A stretch of 64,000 nt of DNA from Chitinophagaceae bacterium (GTDB lineage: Bacteria; Bacteroidota; Bacteroidia; Chitinophagales; Chitinophagaceae): positions 618 through 64,617 of the forward strand of contig JBGATE010000001.1 in NCBI GenBank assembly GCA_044229375.1, read 5' to 3'. Positions within the stretch are counted from its first letter, which is position 1; every line of letters starts with the position of its first letter. A program made the translations under genes and the position numbers. Below the pieces are notes generated by a model. It ran no database searches. It was given only the letters and a program-made list of their open reading frames with translations, and was not told where the DNA came from. Below, piece by piece: positions 29,804 through 39,594 of the stretch.

Positions 29804-31276
29804 TTAGTCGTTAACATTCAGGCTGCCCGGGTTGAAGGTCAGGGACAGAAAATAACCCAGCCGGTAAACCGAGTTATAATGCCTGTCCTCCAATGTCGTA
29901 AAGTCCACTTTATCGCCGGTTTTCCACCCGGTTAATTTCTTTACCTGTGCACCGGCCACACCGGCTGTTATACAAACAGGGTCATTTTTCCCTAAAAAAG
30001 TACTGAGCCCTAGCATGATATTGATGTTTTTATCACCGGTAAGCGGCAGCCCGGCGCCAAATGTTCCGCCCCAGCGAAAACCGCGGTCCCTTGGTGCATA
30101 AAAATGAAGATAGGTTGACACCAGTGGCTGGAACTGGTCCGCTGATTCCCGGGTGATCACACTATCGGGACTGATAAAATAATCCCAGCGGTTCTCGTTA
30201 TAGGAAACAAAACTGAACCCAAAAGTATTCCGGAACCGGAGCGGCTCTTTTTTATAAATGGGAACCAGCCGGATAATGGTGTCGCCATTTCTGTAATTCA
30301 GCGCTGTTGCCGTAACGGAATCGATCACGGGTATGAAGCTGATCCTTGCCATCACTGTTTTCCGTTTGATATCCAGTGGTGTTGTCTGTGTATAACTGTC
30401 GTTAAGGATCTGCTGGTACATTTCTGAGATGCGGTTAACAATGGCTTCGGGATCATTGGTTGCAGCCGGGCTGTAATTCTTCTTTACCAGTTCCGCTCCG
30501 CTTAAGGCACCCTTCATGAGTGAATCAGCGGAGGCTGAACTTATTTCCATTTCCCGCAAAGAAGTATAGGAGGCCAAAAGATCCGTATAACTGTTCCTGA
30601 CCGCCGTATAGGCCGACTGTTTATCCGCCGCGTTGTCATTTATCAATATGGCAGCAGGGTCATTCCCTGAGCCCGGAAAAACATCTTCTGTTTTTTTCTT
30701 CGCCGTTTGCTTTACTTCCGTTGCAGGATACTGCATGCTGTAGCGAAGCCCGGCAAGATCTTTCCATAATGCCCGGCAACGCTGTTCAAACAGCATTGTT
30801 TTTTGCCATTGCCGGTAGGCTGCCGCATAAGCATTATAGTTATTGACGAAAAGCTGTTTTGCCGCCTGCTGCTGGCTGGTTTCTTTCAAATCATCAAATT
30901 CATTCTTTTTGATGCCCCCGCTCTTGGTAAGATCCGGGTTCTTTAAGGCTTCGAGATCCACATCTGTCATTCCGTTTGCCGTGATCTTTGGCGCCGGGGT
31001 CGATCCCAGGCCGGGGATCACAATATTTTCCCGGGTTTCCACCCTTTCAACATAGGAGATCCGCTGCTGGAAACTGTTGGCGGCATTTACCAGTTGCAGG
31101 TTTACCCGGCTTGTTCTTGCCATTTGTATGACCGGTGCGGCCACCGTATCGCCTGGTTTCCTGATCCTGTAATAGTTGATATTCTCTCCTGCGAGATCGT
31201 AACGGATGATGTATTGTTGTGCCAGTGAAAAATAACCGCTGAACATCAGGCAGAGTGCCATCCAGAATGCTTTCAT
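29804..31276 (-). CDS. Hypothetical secreted/outer-membrane protein
   Basis: Signal peptide, helical middle region and amphipathic beta-strand C-terminus (GYFLSLTF). Confidence 0.75.
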   Translation of the reverse strand: MKAFWMALCLMFSGYFSLAQQYIIRYDLAGENINYYRIRKPGDTVAAPVIQMARTSRVNLQLVNAANSFQQRISYVERVETRENIVIPGLGSTPAPKITANGMTDVDLEALKNPDLTKSGGIKKNEFDDLKETSQQQAAKQLFVNNYNAYAAAYRQWQKTMLFEQRCRALWKDLAGLRYSMQYPATEVKQTAKKKTEDVFPGSGNDPAAILINDNAADKQSAYTAVRNSYTDLLASYTSLREMEISSASADSLMKGALSGAELVKKNYSPAATNDPEAIVNRISEMYQQILNDSYTQTTPLDIKRKTVMARISFIPVIDSVTATALNYRNGDTIIRLVPIYKKEPLRFRNTFGFSFVSYNENRWDYFISPDSVITRESADQFQPLVSTYLHFYAPRDRGFRWGGTFGAGLPLTGDKNINIMLGLSTFLGKNDPVCITAGVAGAQVKKLTGWKTGDKVDFTTLEDRHYNSVYRLGYFLSLTFNPGSLNVND

Positions 31277-31415
31277 AAAAAGAACATTTTTAGACTACTA
31301 CAAGTTAACAGCGGTACCCTTACGGCCGAATGACCAATATCATCGCCCTCCTTGCTTTTACTCATTTACGGAAAGTATATAAGAGGGTACTTTTCAGTTC
31401 TTAATTAAAAGTGCT

Positions 31416-31649
31416 ATGCTGCTGGATATCCCTTTCGGCGGACTGGAGGGATTGGGTTTGATCCTCTTTATACTCGCCCTGATCATCTGGTCGGTCACCC
31501 TGGTGGCCATCGCCAACGGAAAATTTTATGATAATACCACCAAACTGTGCTGGTTCCTGATCGTTCTTATTGCAAACCTGCTCGGGGTCCTGCTGTTTGT
31601 CTTCTGGGGAAGACAGCAGGTGTCCGGAAGTAAACAACAACCAACATGA
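31416..31649 (+). CDS. PLDc N-terminal domain small membrane protein
   Basis: IW...LV.I...F.DNTTKLCW.LIV...NLLG.LL...WG. Confidence 0.75.
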   Translation: MLLDIPFGGLEGLGLILFILALIIWSVTLVAIANGKFYDNTTKLCWFLIVLIANLLGVLLFVFWGRQQVSGSKQQPT

Positions 31650-32053
31650 AAACTACATTCTTGGTACTGGGCTTCCTGCTGGCAGTGCTCGCGGGTTGTA
31701 ATGACAAGGCAAAACCGGCTGAAACAACAGACGCGAAGCCAACCGTCATTACAGAAACAAAGCCTGTCATTATCTCAGAAGAAGATCTGCTGGGACTTAG
31801 TATGGACTATGAAAAAAAAGAGATCAGTGTTGTGCTGGTGAGTAAGGGCTGTACGCAGATCAATGATATTTCCTTCCTGGTCAGCAATGACGAATTAACG
31901 GTAAAGAGAAACAGGAAAGACGAATGCAAGGCCATGCCGGAAGCGATGCGTTTTACTTTTTCCTTTAAAGACGCGGGTATTGATCCGGACAAGAACTATA
32001 CGGTCAAAAACCGGTTCATTGCCAACCCCAACCTTGCTAATATTGCCAGGTAG
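31646..32053 (+). CDS. Hypothetical lipoprotein
   Basis: Lipobox LAGC; SKGCT...DECKA cysteine pair. Confidence 0.75.
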   Translation: MKTTFLVLGFLLAVLAGCNDKAKPAETTDAKPTVITETKPVIISEEDLLGLSMDYEKKEISVVLVSKGCTQINDISFLVSNDELTVKRNRKDECKAMPEAMRFTFSFKDAGIDPDKNYTVKNRFIANPNLANIAR

Positions 32054-34096
32054 TTACCGGGGATGATAGACCGATCTCGCTTTCTGCAACACTTCCTGTT
32101 TGTCGAGGGTCATGGGTTTGGTCTGCTGGTTTATAAACATCCTCAGCTGGTCCTTATAATGCGGCGAAGCGGGGTTCATCGAAGCACCGAACGTATTAAC
32201 GGATTCGATCTTCGGAAGACTTCCGTCCTTCGGAAAACGTACAAAACAGATATACGCATCACCACCGGTAACCCTTCTCATCCCGTTCCTGTAGGGTTCT
32301 GAGAAAGCCGGCGTGAGTACATCCGGAAATCCCCAGGCAGGGATTTCTTCATCCCCCCTCACTAATTTCTGCACTTCACCGAGCACCAGATCGGTCTTCC
32401 CGAAATGCTTCATCATATGATCATACACATACTGGTAGGTTTCCACTGATTCGGCTACAGTTATCTTCCTGGACGGAACCCCTTTCAGTTTTCCGGCGAG
32501 GTAATAATAGGTGAGGAGAAAGACTGCCGCGCCTTTGCTGTTAGCGACAGCTTTTTTGTCCCAGTTTTGGAAATTCGTGATCACTTCTTTTAATGCCGGG
32601 TAAGGTGTGGGATCCAGGCTGAACATACTGTCAATATGATACAGGTATTTGAGTTCCCGCGGAAGTTGCTGATCGAATTTGATCCTTTTGAACTGGTTGT
32701 AATCCACTTTATCTCCGTTGATCAGTTCGGTCACCCGCTGGCTGCGGTTGTTGTGATAGGTTTCATAGCCGTCATTCTTATCAAACTTGTTTTTATCAAG
32801 ATTATATTTCACATCTGTTGCCAGGAAGGGGGAGTGGTTCGTATTGAAAAGATACCCGGATGGAGGATTGACATATTGTGGTAATTCGGTGATGGGTTTG
32901 AATTCCGTCCATAAGGTAGCGGATGTATTCCCGGGGATCGTACTGCGCCAGTTGAATTGCGGACCGGGATTTCGTCTTGGCATTTTCCCGTTGCTGATAT
33001 AAAAAATCGTGTCGTAGCGGTCAGCATAAGTAATGTTGAACATGGGAAGACTGACCATGCTGAGCGCTTTGTAAAATTCCGTGAAATTCTTAGCTTTGTT
33101 CATCCGGTACCATTGTTCCAGGGCTTTAATGTCCATCAGCGCGGGCACACGTATCGCAAAGACACCTTTGCTAGTTTTTAAAGTAGGCCCGTATTTACTC
33201 CACCAGGTTTTTTTGCCTACTGTAACCGGTATGCCTTTTACTTTCAGTCTTGCCTTGTTTTCTTCGAGGTCGTACCACTGGCCGTCAAACCGGTACTGGT
33301 TCTTATTGGCGGGGTTCAGTTCCAACTGGAAGACATCGATCTTATCCATGTAGTTGACCGTATGGGCCCAGCCCAGGTTCTCATTGGTGCCGTGGAAGAC
33401 CAGGCAGCCGCCCGGAAAAAGTCCGCCGAGCATATTCCACCCCTGTTCGCTTTGCAAATGGGCCTCGTAGAAAGCCACCGGCCCCGTATTTGGCTGGTGC
33501 GCATTGATGGCAAGAAATGATTCCCCCGTCGTTGTTTTGACCGAATTCATCGCGAAGGCATTCGACCCCTGTGTGCTGAATCCCGGTATTGTCGCCACTT
33601 TTCCTCCCAGTATCTGCGGGAGCACCTCATCAATGCCGCAAAAAAGAGCGGTTGAAAAGACAACGGCTGTCATGTAATCCTTTTCATCAAACGGGAAAGC
33701 GTGTTTGTATTTAACCTCACCCGGATGCGCTTTGGCATAAGCGTTCAGTCCGGCCACATAACCCCCGATCAGTTCCAGGAAATCGGGACTCAGCGTGTTC
33801 CATTGTTCCTCCACCGTTTTACGGCAACGCAGCAACTGGATCACGTAATCTCCCTCGGCCCCTTTTTTACCCAGCGCTGTTCCCAGTTTGGTCTTCCCGC
33901 TCAGCACCACCAGTTGCAGGGTTTCGAAATCATCTTCGGCATGCGCCCAGGCGATTCCATAGGCTACTTCGGGATCTGTGGGAGCGAATACATGAGGAAT
34001 CCCAAAGCTGTCACGGGCAATCGTGATGCGGGTAGGGTCTACCTGGGCGGAAGCGTGAAAACCCGCCAGCAGCAAGAGCATAAGGATCTTTTTCAT
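32054..34096 (-). CDS. Penicillin acylase family (Ntn hydrolase, S45)
   Basis: RDSFGIPHV, GSNAFA (catalytic Ser), INAHQP, GWAHTVN, SPHYKDQ. Confidence 0.92.
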   Translation of the reverse strand: MKKILMLLLLAGFHASAQVDPTRITIARDSFGIPHVFAPTDPEVAYGIAWAHAEDDFETLQLVVLSGKTKLGTALGKKGAEGDYVIQLLRCRKTVEEQWNTLSPDFLELIGGYVAGLNAYAKAHPGEVKYKHAFPFDEKDYMTAVVFSTALFCGIDEVLPQILGGKVATIPGFSTQGSNAFAMNSVKTTTGESFLAINAHQPNTGPVAFYEAHLQSEQGWNMLGGLFPGGCLVFHGTNENLGWAHTVNYMDKIDVFQLELNPANKNQYRFDGQWYDLEENKARLKVKGIPVTVGKKTWWSKYGPTLKTSKGVFAIRVPALMDIKALEQWYRMNKAKNFTEFYKALSMVSLPMFNITYADRYDTIFYISNGKMPRRNPGPQFNWRSTIPGNTSATLWTEFKPITELPQYVNPPSGYLFNTNHSPFLATDVKYNLDKNKFDKNDGYETYHNNRSQRVTELINGDKVDYNQFKRIKFDQQLPRELKYLYHIDSMFSLDPTPYPALKEVITNFQNWDKKAVANSKGAAVFLLTYYYLAGKLKGVPSRKITVAESVETYQYVYDHMMKHFGKTDLVLGEVQKLVRGDEEIPAWGFPDVLTPAFSEPYRNGMRRVTGGDAYICFVRFPKDGSLPKIESVNTFGASMNPASPHYKDQLRMFINQQTKPMTLDKQEVLQKARSVYHPR

Positions 34097-34131
34097 ACTG
34101 AAAAGTAAGTAAAAGACAGAAGCAGTGTATT

Positions 34132-35685
34132 TCATTTCCTCCGTTTGCTTGCCAGGTATTTTTCATGGATCACTTCCGCCATCGTTTTATCATTCACTTT
34201 ACTTTCCACCCAGGAAATGATATCGATGTATGCGAAAGAACGGGTCTGAAACCGGTCTTTCTCCAGGTGTTTGATCGTTCGAAGGAGTTTTTCAAATTCA
34301 GGTTTGAGCTGGCGTGGTGAAAAGGGTATGGAATGACGCAGGAATTTGAAAATGGCCTCTTCCACTGCCGTCAGGTTCTTCATTTTGGCCATAAAACGGT
34401 AAACGGATTTGGTCAGCGATTCCATCAGCATGTCGTTCCCCAGCTCATAGTGCGCCATCAGGTGCAGCAGGCGGGCATAGCATTGAAGGTCGTACCGGAT
34501 ATTGCCGTGGTCGTGAATGATCTTTTGCAGGTAATCGATCGCGGTATTGGGATCACCGCTGCCAAAATAAAGCATGGCGAATTTGTAATTCAGCACCATC
34601 ACCCGGTGACGGTCGAGGAAAAGATCATAGGCCGACAATTCCTTTTCAATGGCAGGAATGATGACAAGCCCTTCCCGGAATGTTCCCTGCATGAAATGCC
34701 GGTTGATCCTTGCCTGGCTGAGATAGATAAAGGCCTGGATCCGAAAATTATCATGATCCTTTACCCGTTCCGTTTCTGACAGTCTTTTGAATTTTCCCAG
34801 GGCCGCCTCAAAACCGCTGTGATTGCGCAGGTCGAAATGAGCGTTGAGCAGGTAGTGCAGGGATTTGATATGGTGACTGGTCTCCACCCTTTTCATCAGG
34901 GGTTGTTCATCGAACAGGTTCACCAGCTTTTGGGTATAGCGGTAGTACTGTAAAAAATCCTGTCGTATGAACGCGTACCAGGTATAGGACTGGTAGAGAT
35001 ACATCCGTTCATAAAACCCGGTCTCTTTCCAGGCGCCGGTGGGCAGGCTCTGTTTCATGTACCTGCGAATGTCCTTTTCATCGTACTCATCACGGGCGTG
35101 ACCATGCTGCACGAACCAGCCGAAAAGTTTCAGTGCAAGGTTGGAAAGCCGTGTCACCTTATCAATATGATCGTTGACCTGGTTAGCCTCCGCGGAGAGG
35201 GTTTCGGCCCGGTCCTGGATATTGCGGGTGATGTACAATCCTTCGATCCTTTTCTCCAGTGCGATCAGTTGCGGCAGGAAATAATATTTCTGGTTGGTCT
35301 TTGCGGTTTCCCTGGCACGGTCAATGATGCGGAGGCTTTGCAGGAATAATCCTTTCTTATAAAGGATATGCGCATAGTCAAACTGCTCGTTCAGCTGCAG
35401 GTCGATACTGTCGGCGCTTTTGAGCAGCCGGAGGCTCGCAAGTATTTGTTTATACAGGTGGGTCTTGAGATTGGCCAGTTGCGGCTTGGTCACATCGCCC
35501 AGTTTTTTCAGCAGGATCTTCTCTTCATAATCCTTCAGTTTGTCGATTGCGTCAAAAAGGCGGACGATCTTAAGGTCCTGGTTACCTGAACTGCGGTTGA
35601 TATATAGCTTGAAATGCCTTTTTTCGGCCTTTTCCATCGAGCGGATGAGTTGAAAAAGTATATCGTTGGCGCGGTTGGACATCAT
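34132..35685 (-). CDS. Conserved Bacteroidota hypothetical helical/TPR-like protein
   Basis: LFQLIRSMEKAEKRHFK N-terminus; all-helical; YIDIISWVESK C-terminus. Confidence 0.8.
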   Translation of the reverse strand: MMSNRANDILFQLIRSMEKAEKRHFKLYINRSSGNQDLKIVRLFDAIDKLKDYEEKILLKKLGDVTKPQLANLKTHLYKQILASLRLLKSADSIDLQLNEQFDYAHILYKKGLFLQSLRIIDRARETAKTNQKYYFLPQLIALEKRIEGLYITRNIQDRAETLSAEANQVNDHIDKVTRLSNLALKLFGWFVQHGHARDEYDEKDIRRYMKQSLPTGAWKETGFYERMYLYQSYTWYAFIRQDFLQYYRYTQKLVNLFDEQPLMKRVETSHHIKSLHYLLNAHFDLRNHSGFEAALGKFKRLSETERVKDHDNFRIQAFIYLSQARINRHFMQGTFREGLVIIPAIEKELSAYDLFLDRHRVMVLNYKFAMLYFGSGDPNTAIDYLQKIIHDHGNIRYDLQCYARLLHLMAHYELGNDMLMESLTKSVYRFMAKMKNLTAVEEAIFKFLRHSIPFSPRQLKPEFEKLLRTIKHLEKDRFQTRSFAYIDIISWVESKVNDKTMAEVIHEKYLASKRRK

Positions 35686-35771
35686 ACGGGTTTTTTGCTG
35701 AGATCCGCAACCGGTAAGGGTTCTACAGCCTTTTCGCCAGTTTAGGCATGCTGATTTGATGCCGGAAATGG

Positions 35772-35803
35772 TTTGAGAGACAAGGTACCGCTCCCTATTT
35801 TTG
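35772..35803 (+). promoter_or_regulatory. Bacteroidota sigma-70-type promoter (-33 TTTG / -7 TAnnTTTG)
   Basis: tttg at 35772, 20-bp spacer, tatttttg at 35796. Confidence 0.55.
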
Positions 35804-35957
35804 GATCTGAAGCTCTTTCTTACAGCAGGAATCGTTCAATGACAAGCATCGATGTTCAAAAATACAGATTAAACCCTGCAATTGATTGAATGACCGGCAA
35901 AGGCCGGCACAGCCGCACAACAACTTAGTAAGATTTTCATATGGCAAGCAATCGTTA

Positions 35958-35993
35958 GAGGTCAGTCCGTTTCTACGGAAGGACCTTTTTTTA
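35958..35993 (+). terminator. Intrinsic terminator
   Basis: aggtc..tccgt-ttct-acgga..gacc followed by a T-tract. Confidence 0.65.
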
Positions 35994-35994
35994 T

Positions 35995-36054
35995 ACCCAT
36001 CCCCCTCCGCCTTCATTTGCATTACGGCGGGCAGGCCTAAAGGGGAGGCTTAGG
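35995..36054. repeat. REP-like unit (same family as 21867/51546) interrupted by a second short palindrome
   Basis: cccatccccct[ccgccttcatttgcattacggcgggcagg]cctaaaggggaggcttagg. Confidence 0.5.
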
Positions 36055-36256
36055 AGTAATATTCACCAGCAGCATTTATAGACTGAAAGAAATAATGGTT
36101 CACGTGGTTAAAGCAATAATTTCTTAATATTAAATAACGGGCTGCGGTTATTTTTTTATTTTCTCCACCACCTTTTGGATTTGATTGAATGATACGAATT
36201 ACCGTTCGTTCCTTCCTTTTTTTTATTCTGCTATCTTCATGGTTTAAAAACCAATC

Positions 36257-36745
36257 ATGGCAATTCGCATTTTCATCACCGGCGGTACGTTCGACAAAGA
36301 GTACAATGAGCTGAACGGCCAATTGTATTTCAAGGATACCCATATGAACGACCTGCTGGAAATGGGGCGTTGCAGGATACCGGTAGAGATCAGGACACTG
36401 ATGATGGTAGACAGCCTGGAAATGACCGCGGAGGACCGGGAACTGATCGCCCACCAGTGTAACCATTCCGAAGAGACACAAATCGTCGTTACACACGGTA
36501 CCGATACGATGAGCGAGACCGCGAAAGTGCTGGCCGAAAAAGTGAAGGACAAGACGATCGTGCTCACCGGGGCAATGATCCCCATCAAGTTCGGCAGCTC
36601 CGATGGTCTCTTCAACCTTGGCAGCGCACTGGCTTTTGCACAATCTTTGCCACCGGGTGTATACGTGGCCATGAACGGCCGGTATTTTAACGGGGATAAG
36701 GTGCGGAAGAATAAAGAGACGGGTGTATTTGAGGAAGTGGGATAG
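36257..36745 (+). CDS. Asparaginase domain protein (single N-terminal domain)
   Basis: ITGGTFDK, VDSLEM, THGTDTM, VLTGAMIP, SDGLFNLG. Confidence 0.9.
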   Translation: MAIRIFITGGTFDKEYNELNGQLYFKDTHMNDLLEMGRCRIPVEIRTLMMVDSLEMTAEDRELIAHQCNHSEETQIVVTHGTDTMSETAKVLAEKVKDKTIVLTGAMIPIKFGSSDGLFNLGSALAFAQSLPPGVYVAMNGRYFNGDKVRKNKETGVFEEVG

Positions 36746-36871
36746 GCCACGAAAACACACGAACAAACACGAAGTTTTTGTCACAGATTTCACGGATTTA
36801 CTCCGATGACACGAATGGTGATCGTGAAGACTTGTCTGTATTTTTCGTGTTTATTCGTGTGTTTTCTTGGC
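36746..36871. repeat. CACG-rich inverted-repeat element
   Basis: gccacgaaaacacacgaacaaacacgaa pairs with ttcgtgtttattcgtgtgttttcttggc; related to 50734-50849. Confidence 0.7.
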
Positions 36872-36904
36872 TTAATAATCAGCTATGCATTGCCACGCCG
36901 GTTG

Positions 36905-37792
36905 TTACCCTTTTTGCGGCTCCAGTAATTTGAAAAACTGATCCAGTTGTGGAAGGATCACGATCCTCGTCCTGCGGTTAGAGGCTTTCCCCTCCTTAGT
37001 GGCATTATCCATTAACGGGTTGTACTCGCCCCTGCCGGCGGCGGCCATCTTGGCCGGATCCAGCCCGTATTGATTCTGCAGGATCCTCACCACCGATGTG
37101 GCCCTTTTAACGCTGAGGTCCCAGTTGTCCAGCAATACGCCTCCTTTGTAGGGAACATTGTCTGTATGTCCCTCCACCATGAACTCAATATCCGGCTGGT
37201 TCTTCAGCACCAGTGCCACTTTACCCAATACCGTCTTTGCCTTATCGGTCACATCATAGCTTCCGCTTTTAAAAAGCAGTTTATCCGAGATGTCTATATA
37301 TACCACCCCTTTCTCCACCTTAATATTGATGTCTTCGTCATCGAGGTTGCCGATCGCGCCTTTGAGGTTCATCACCAGCGCCATGTTGAGGGAGTCTTTC
37401 CTGGCCATTTGCTGCTGGAGGGTCTGGATATACGCATCCTTGGCGCCGATATTCTCCATTGATTTTTTTATGCTCTCCGCCTGGGCCGTTGTAATAACGG
37501 AAAGGTCTTCGAGTTGTTTTAAGGCCGCATTATGGTTGGCCTTCAGGTAATCCACCTGGTCGCCCAGTTCCTTCACCCGCACATTCAGTAATGCCTGTTC
37601 CCTTTCAAGTGCTTCTTTCTGACGGGAGAGCGTGGCTTTCTCCGTACTGCACTCTGACAGATCACCTTCCAGTGTTTTATACCGGGTTTCCAGTTTAGCA
37701 TAATCATCCTGCGCCGTTTTGAATTTTTTACTGCTTACGCAGGAACCAAGGGTAATAACTGCAAAAAGCAGCGCAAAGTAGTTCAGTCTCAT
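36905..37792 (-). CDS. OmpA/MotB-family lipoprotein with coiled coil
   Basis: Lipobox LGSC-VSSKKF; coiled coil; LLFKSGS, VEGHTDNVP, NWDLSVKRA, AAGRGEYNP, NRRTRI. Confidence 0.92.
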   Translation of the reverse strand: MRLNYFALLFAVITLGSCVSSKKFKTAQDDYAKLETRYKTLEGDLSECSTEKATLSRQKEALEREQALLNVRVKELGDQVDYLKANHNAALKQLEDLSVITTAQAESIKKSMENIGAKDAYIQTLQQQMARKDSLNMALVMNLKGAIGNLDDEDINIKVEKGVVYIDISDKLLFKSGSYDVTDKAKTVLGKVALVLKNQPDIEFMVEGHTDNVPYKGGVLLDNWDLSVKRATSVVRILQNQYGLDPAKMAAAGRGEYNPLMDNATKEGKASNRRTRIVILPQLDQFFKLLEPQKG

Positions 37793-37904
37793 GTTCCGTT
37801 TTTTTAATATGAAAAAATCTATTTGATACAGCGATCCCTGTTGGCAAATATATAACGGGCCGGACGGCAGATCTCTTAAGAAACATATAAATGGCAGTAA
37901 CGGG

Positions 37905-37930
37905 AATGGCCGGGAGAACCCCGGCCATTC
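37905..37930. terminator. Hairpin (probable terminator of the barrel/cytochrome operon)
   Basis: aatggccggg-agaac-cccggccatt. Confidence 0.5.
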
Positions 37931-37951
37931 ATTAACCATCAACCCCTTATA

Positions 37952-38905
37952 CTATTCTTTTTCTTTTTTCAGTGTCATTGTCCTGTTGATCGTAAAACCC
38001 AGTGCGAATTTGCCGTCCTTGATCGGACTGGTGTTGCGGGCAAAATGGTCGATATTGGAAGCATCGATCGTGTTGCCGATATAGAACTGGAACAGGTGGC
38101 CGCCCGTATTGATCTCCACGCCGAGCGATAAAAGATCCGGTGTAAAGTCGATGACTGAACCGCTCTTGTTGATCAGGTTTTTGTACATGTTCAGCTGGCG
38201 GGCATATTCCATTGTCAAGTTGAGTTTCGGAGTGGCTTTATACTTTGCTCCCATCCCAATCGAACCAACAAAATTGCTGTTATTGATTCCATAAGGAACA
38301 ATGTTGAAATAGACCAGGGTGGGGTTTAACTGCAGGGAGAACTTGTCCGAAAATTTCCGGGCGATCAGTATCTGGTGCATATAGGACCAACGGTTATTGG
38401 TAAACTCATTAGGTGATTTGATCCCCGTGTAAATATTCGCCAGCGAGATCCATCCCAGGCTTATGGGCATGCCGCCTTTCCCCGTTTGCTGCCGAAGAAT
38501 CCTGAACTTGGCCCAGCCTTCAAAAACCGCTCTGCCGGTTGCGGACACGCCCACATTGGCCCATTTTACCGGCGACACATCAAACGAAAGATAAGTCTGG
38601 GCGATTCCTGCATTCAAACCGAACAGGTGCGCCAGGTTTTGTTTGAACCGGTTGTTATCCCCTTTTGTGCCAAGATCCTTGTTCCAGAAATACCCGAAAT
38701 GGTGAGAGATCATGAACTGGATATTTCCGGGCGTAATGATCTCCACGCTGTGGTTGTTGATGATGCGGGTGGCATTGAACGTAGCGCGTACGAATTTTTT
38801 CTGCGGTACTTCCTTTTCCACCGTTTCGGTTGCTGTGGAATCCTGGGCAGCAGAGACAAACCAGAGGCAGCATCCCAGAATCAGTAATATTGAAAGCTTT
38901 TTCAT
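37952..38905 (-). CDS. DUF5777-like outer-membrane beta-barrel protein
   Basis: Signal peptide; F.ATRIIN.HSVE, F.ISH.FG, KFRILRQ, QILIARKFS..FSLQL.PT, EINTGGHLFQ, GFTINR. Confidence 0.85.
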   Translation of the reverse strand: MKKLSILLILGCCLWFVSAAQDSTATETVEKEVPQKKFVRATFNATRIINNHSVEIITPGNIQFMISHHFGYFWNKDLGTKGDNNRFKQNLAHLFGLNAGIAQTYLSFDVSPVKWANVGVSATGRAVFEGWAKFRILRQQTGKGGMPISLGWISLANIYTGIKSPNEFTNNRWSYMHQILIARKFSDKFSLQLNPTLVYFNIVPYGINNSNFVGSIGMGAKYKATPKLNLTMEYARQLNMYKNLINKSGSVIDFTPDLLSLGVEINTGGHLFQFYIGNTIDASNIDHFARNTSPIKDGKFALGFTINRTMTLKKEKE

Positions 38906-38936
38906 GTTGTGCGTTTTTGGTTTTTACAAATACAGA

Positions 38937-39557
38937 TCACTGGGGTTGACCCTGGGCAATCCATTCCTTAATAATATTAACCGTACAGGTGGTCAGGCTG
39001 ATGGGCCCACCTGGGTGACCCTGGCTCCCACCGCTGTTCATCATGGTAGTCAGCACAGTCTTTTTCTCCACCATTTTATTGTAATCAAGTGGTACCGCCA
39101 GTCCGCCATGGCAGGTCGCCCCTTTGCAGCTGGTATTGTAAATGGGAAGGATTTCATTTGTCCAGGTTTGTATGCCGGTAATCGTACACCCCGTTCCGTC
39201 ATCATTTCCGCCTTCGTCAATCCACCGCTTGATCAGATTCCTTTCACTTTGTGAAAAGAAGATCTCGCCGCCCCCGGGGTGTTCGCCACCGTTGGCCATC
39301 ACTCCCAGCGTGGTCTTGCGGGCCAGGATGGCATCATAATAAATGATATTGCGATACGGGTCGGAGACGAGTACCGCGCGGACGGCGAAGGGGGTATTAT
39401 GACAGCCGCAGGGGCCGGCCGTTACGATGGGGACCACTTCTTTCCGGAATGATACCTTGGGCAGGGCCAGGATATCTTCTTTATTCCTGTAGCAGGAGGA
39501 CAACATGTAAACCATCATGGAAGTGATTGCTGCTGCTAAGATGATTCTTTGTTTCAT
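38937..39557 (-). CDS. Di-domain c-type cytochrome lipoprotein with atypical heme motifs
   Basis: Lipobox LSSC; two repeats of [F/W..E..PI...C(X)nCH...HPGG...I..WI..G] with PCGCH and CKGATCH. Confidence 0.75.
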   Translation of the reverse strand: MKQRIILAAAITSMMVYMLSSCYRNKEDILALPKVSFRKEVVPIVTAGPCGCHNTPFAVRAVLVSDPYRNIIYYDAILARKTTLGVMANGGEHPGGGEIFFSQSERNLIKRWIDEGGNDDGTGCTITGIQTWTNEILPIYNTSCKGATCHGGLAVPLDYNKMVEKKTVLTTMMNSGGSQGHPGGPISLTTCTVNIIKEWIAQGQPQ

Positions 39558-39594
39558 AAAACGTTCGTTTTATTAAATGAGTTAATTATAATAA

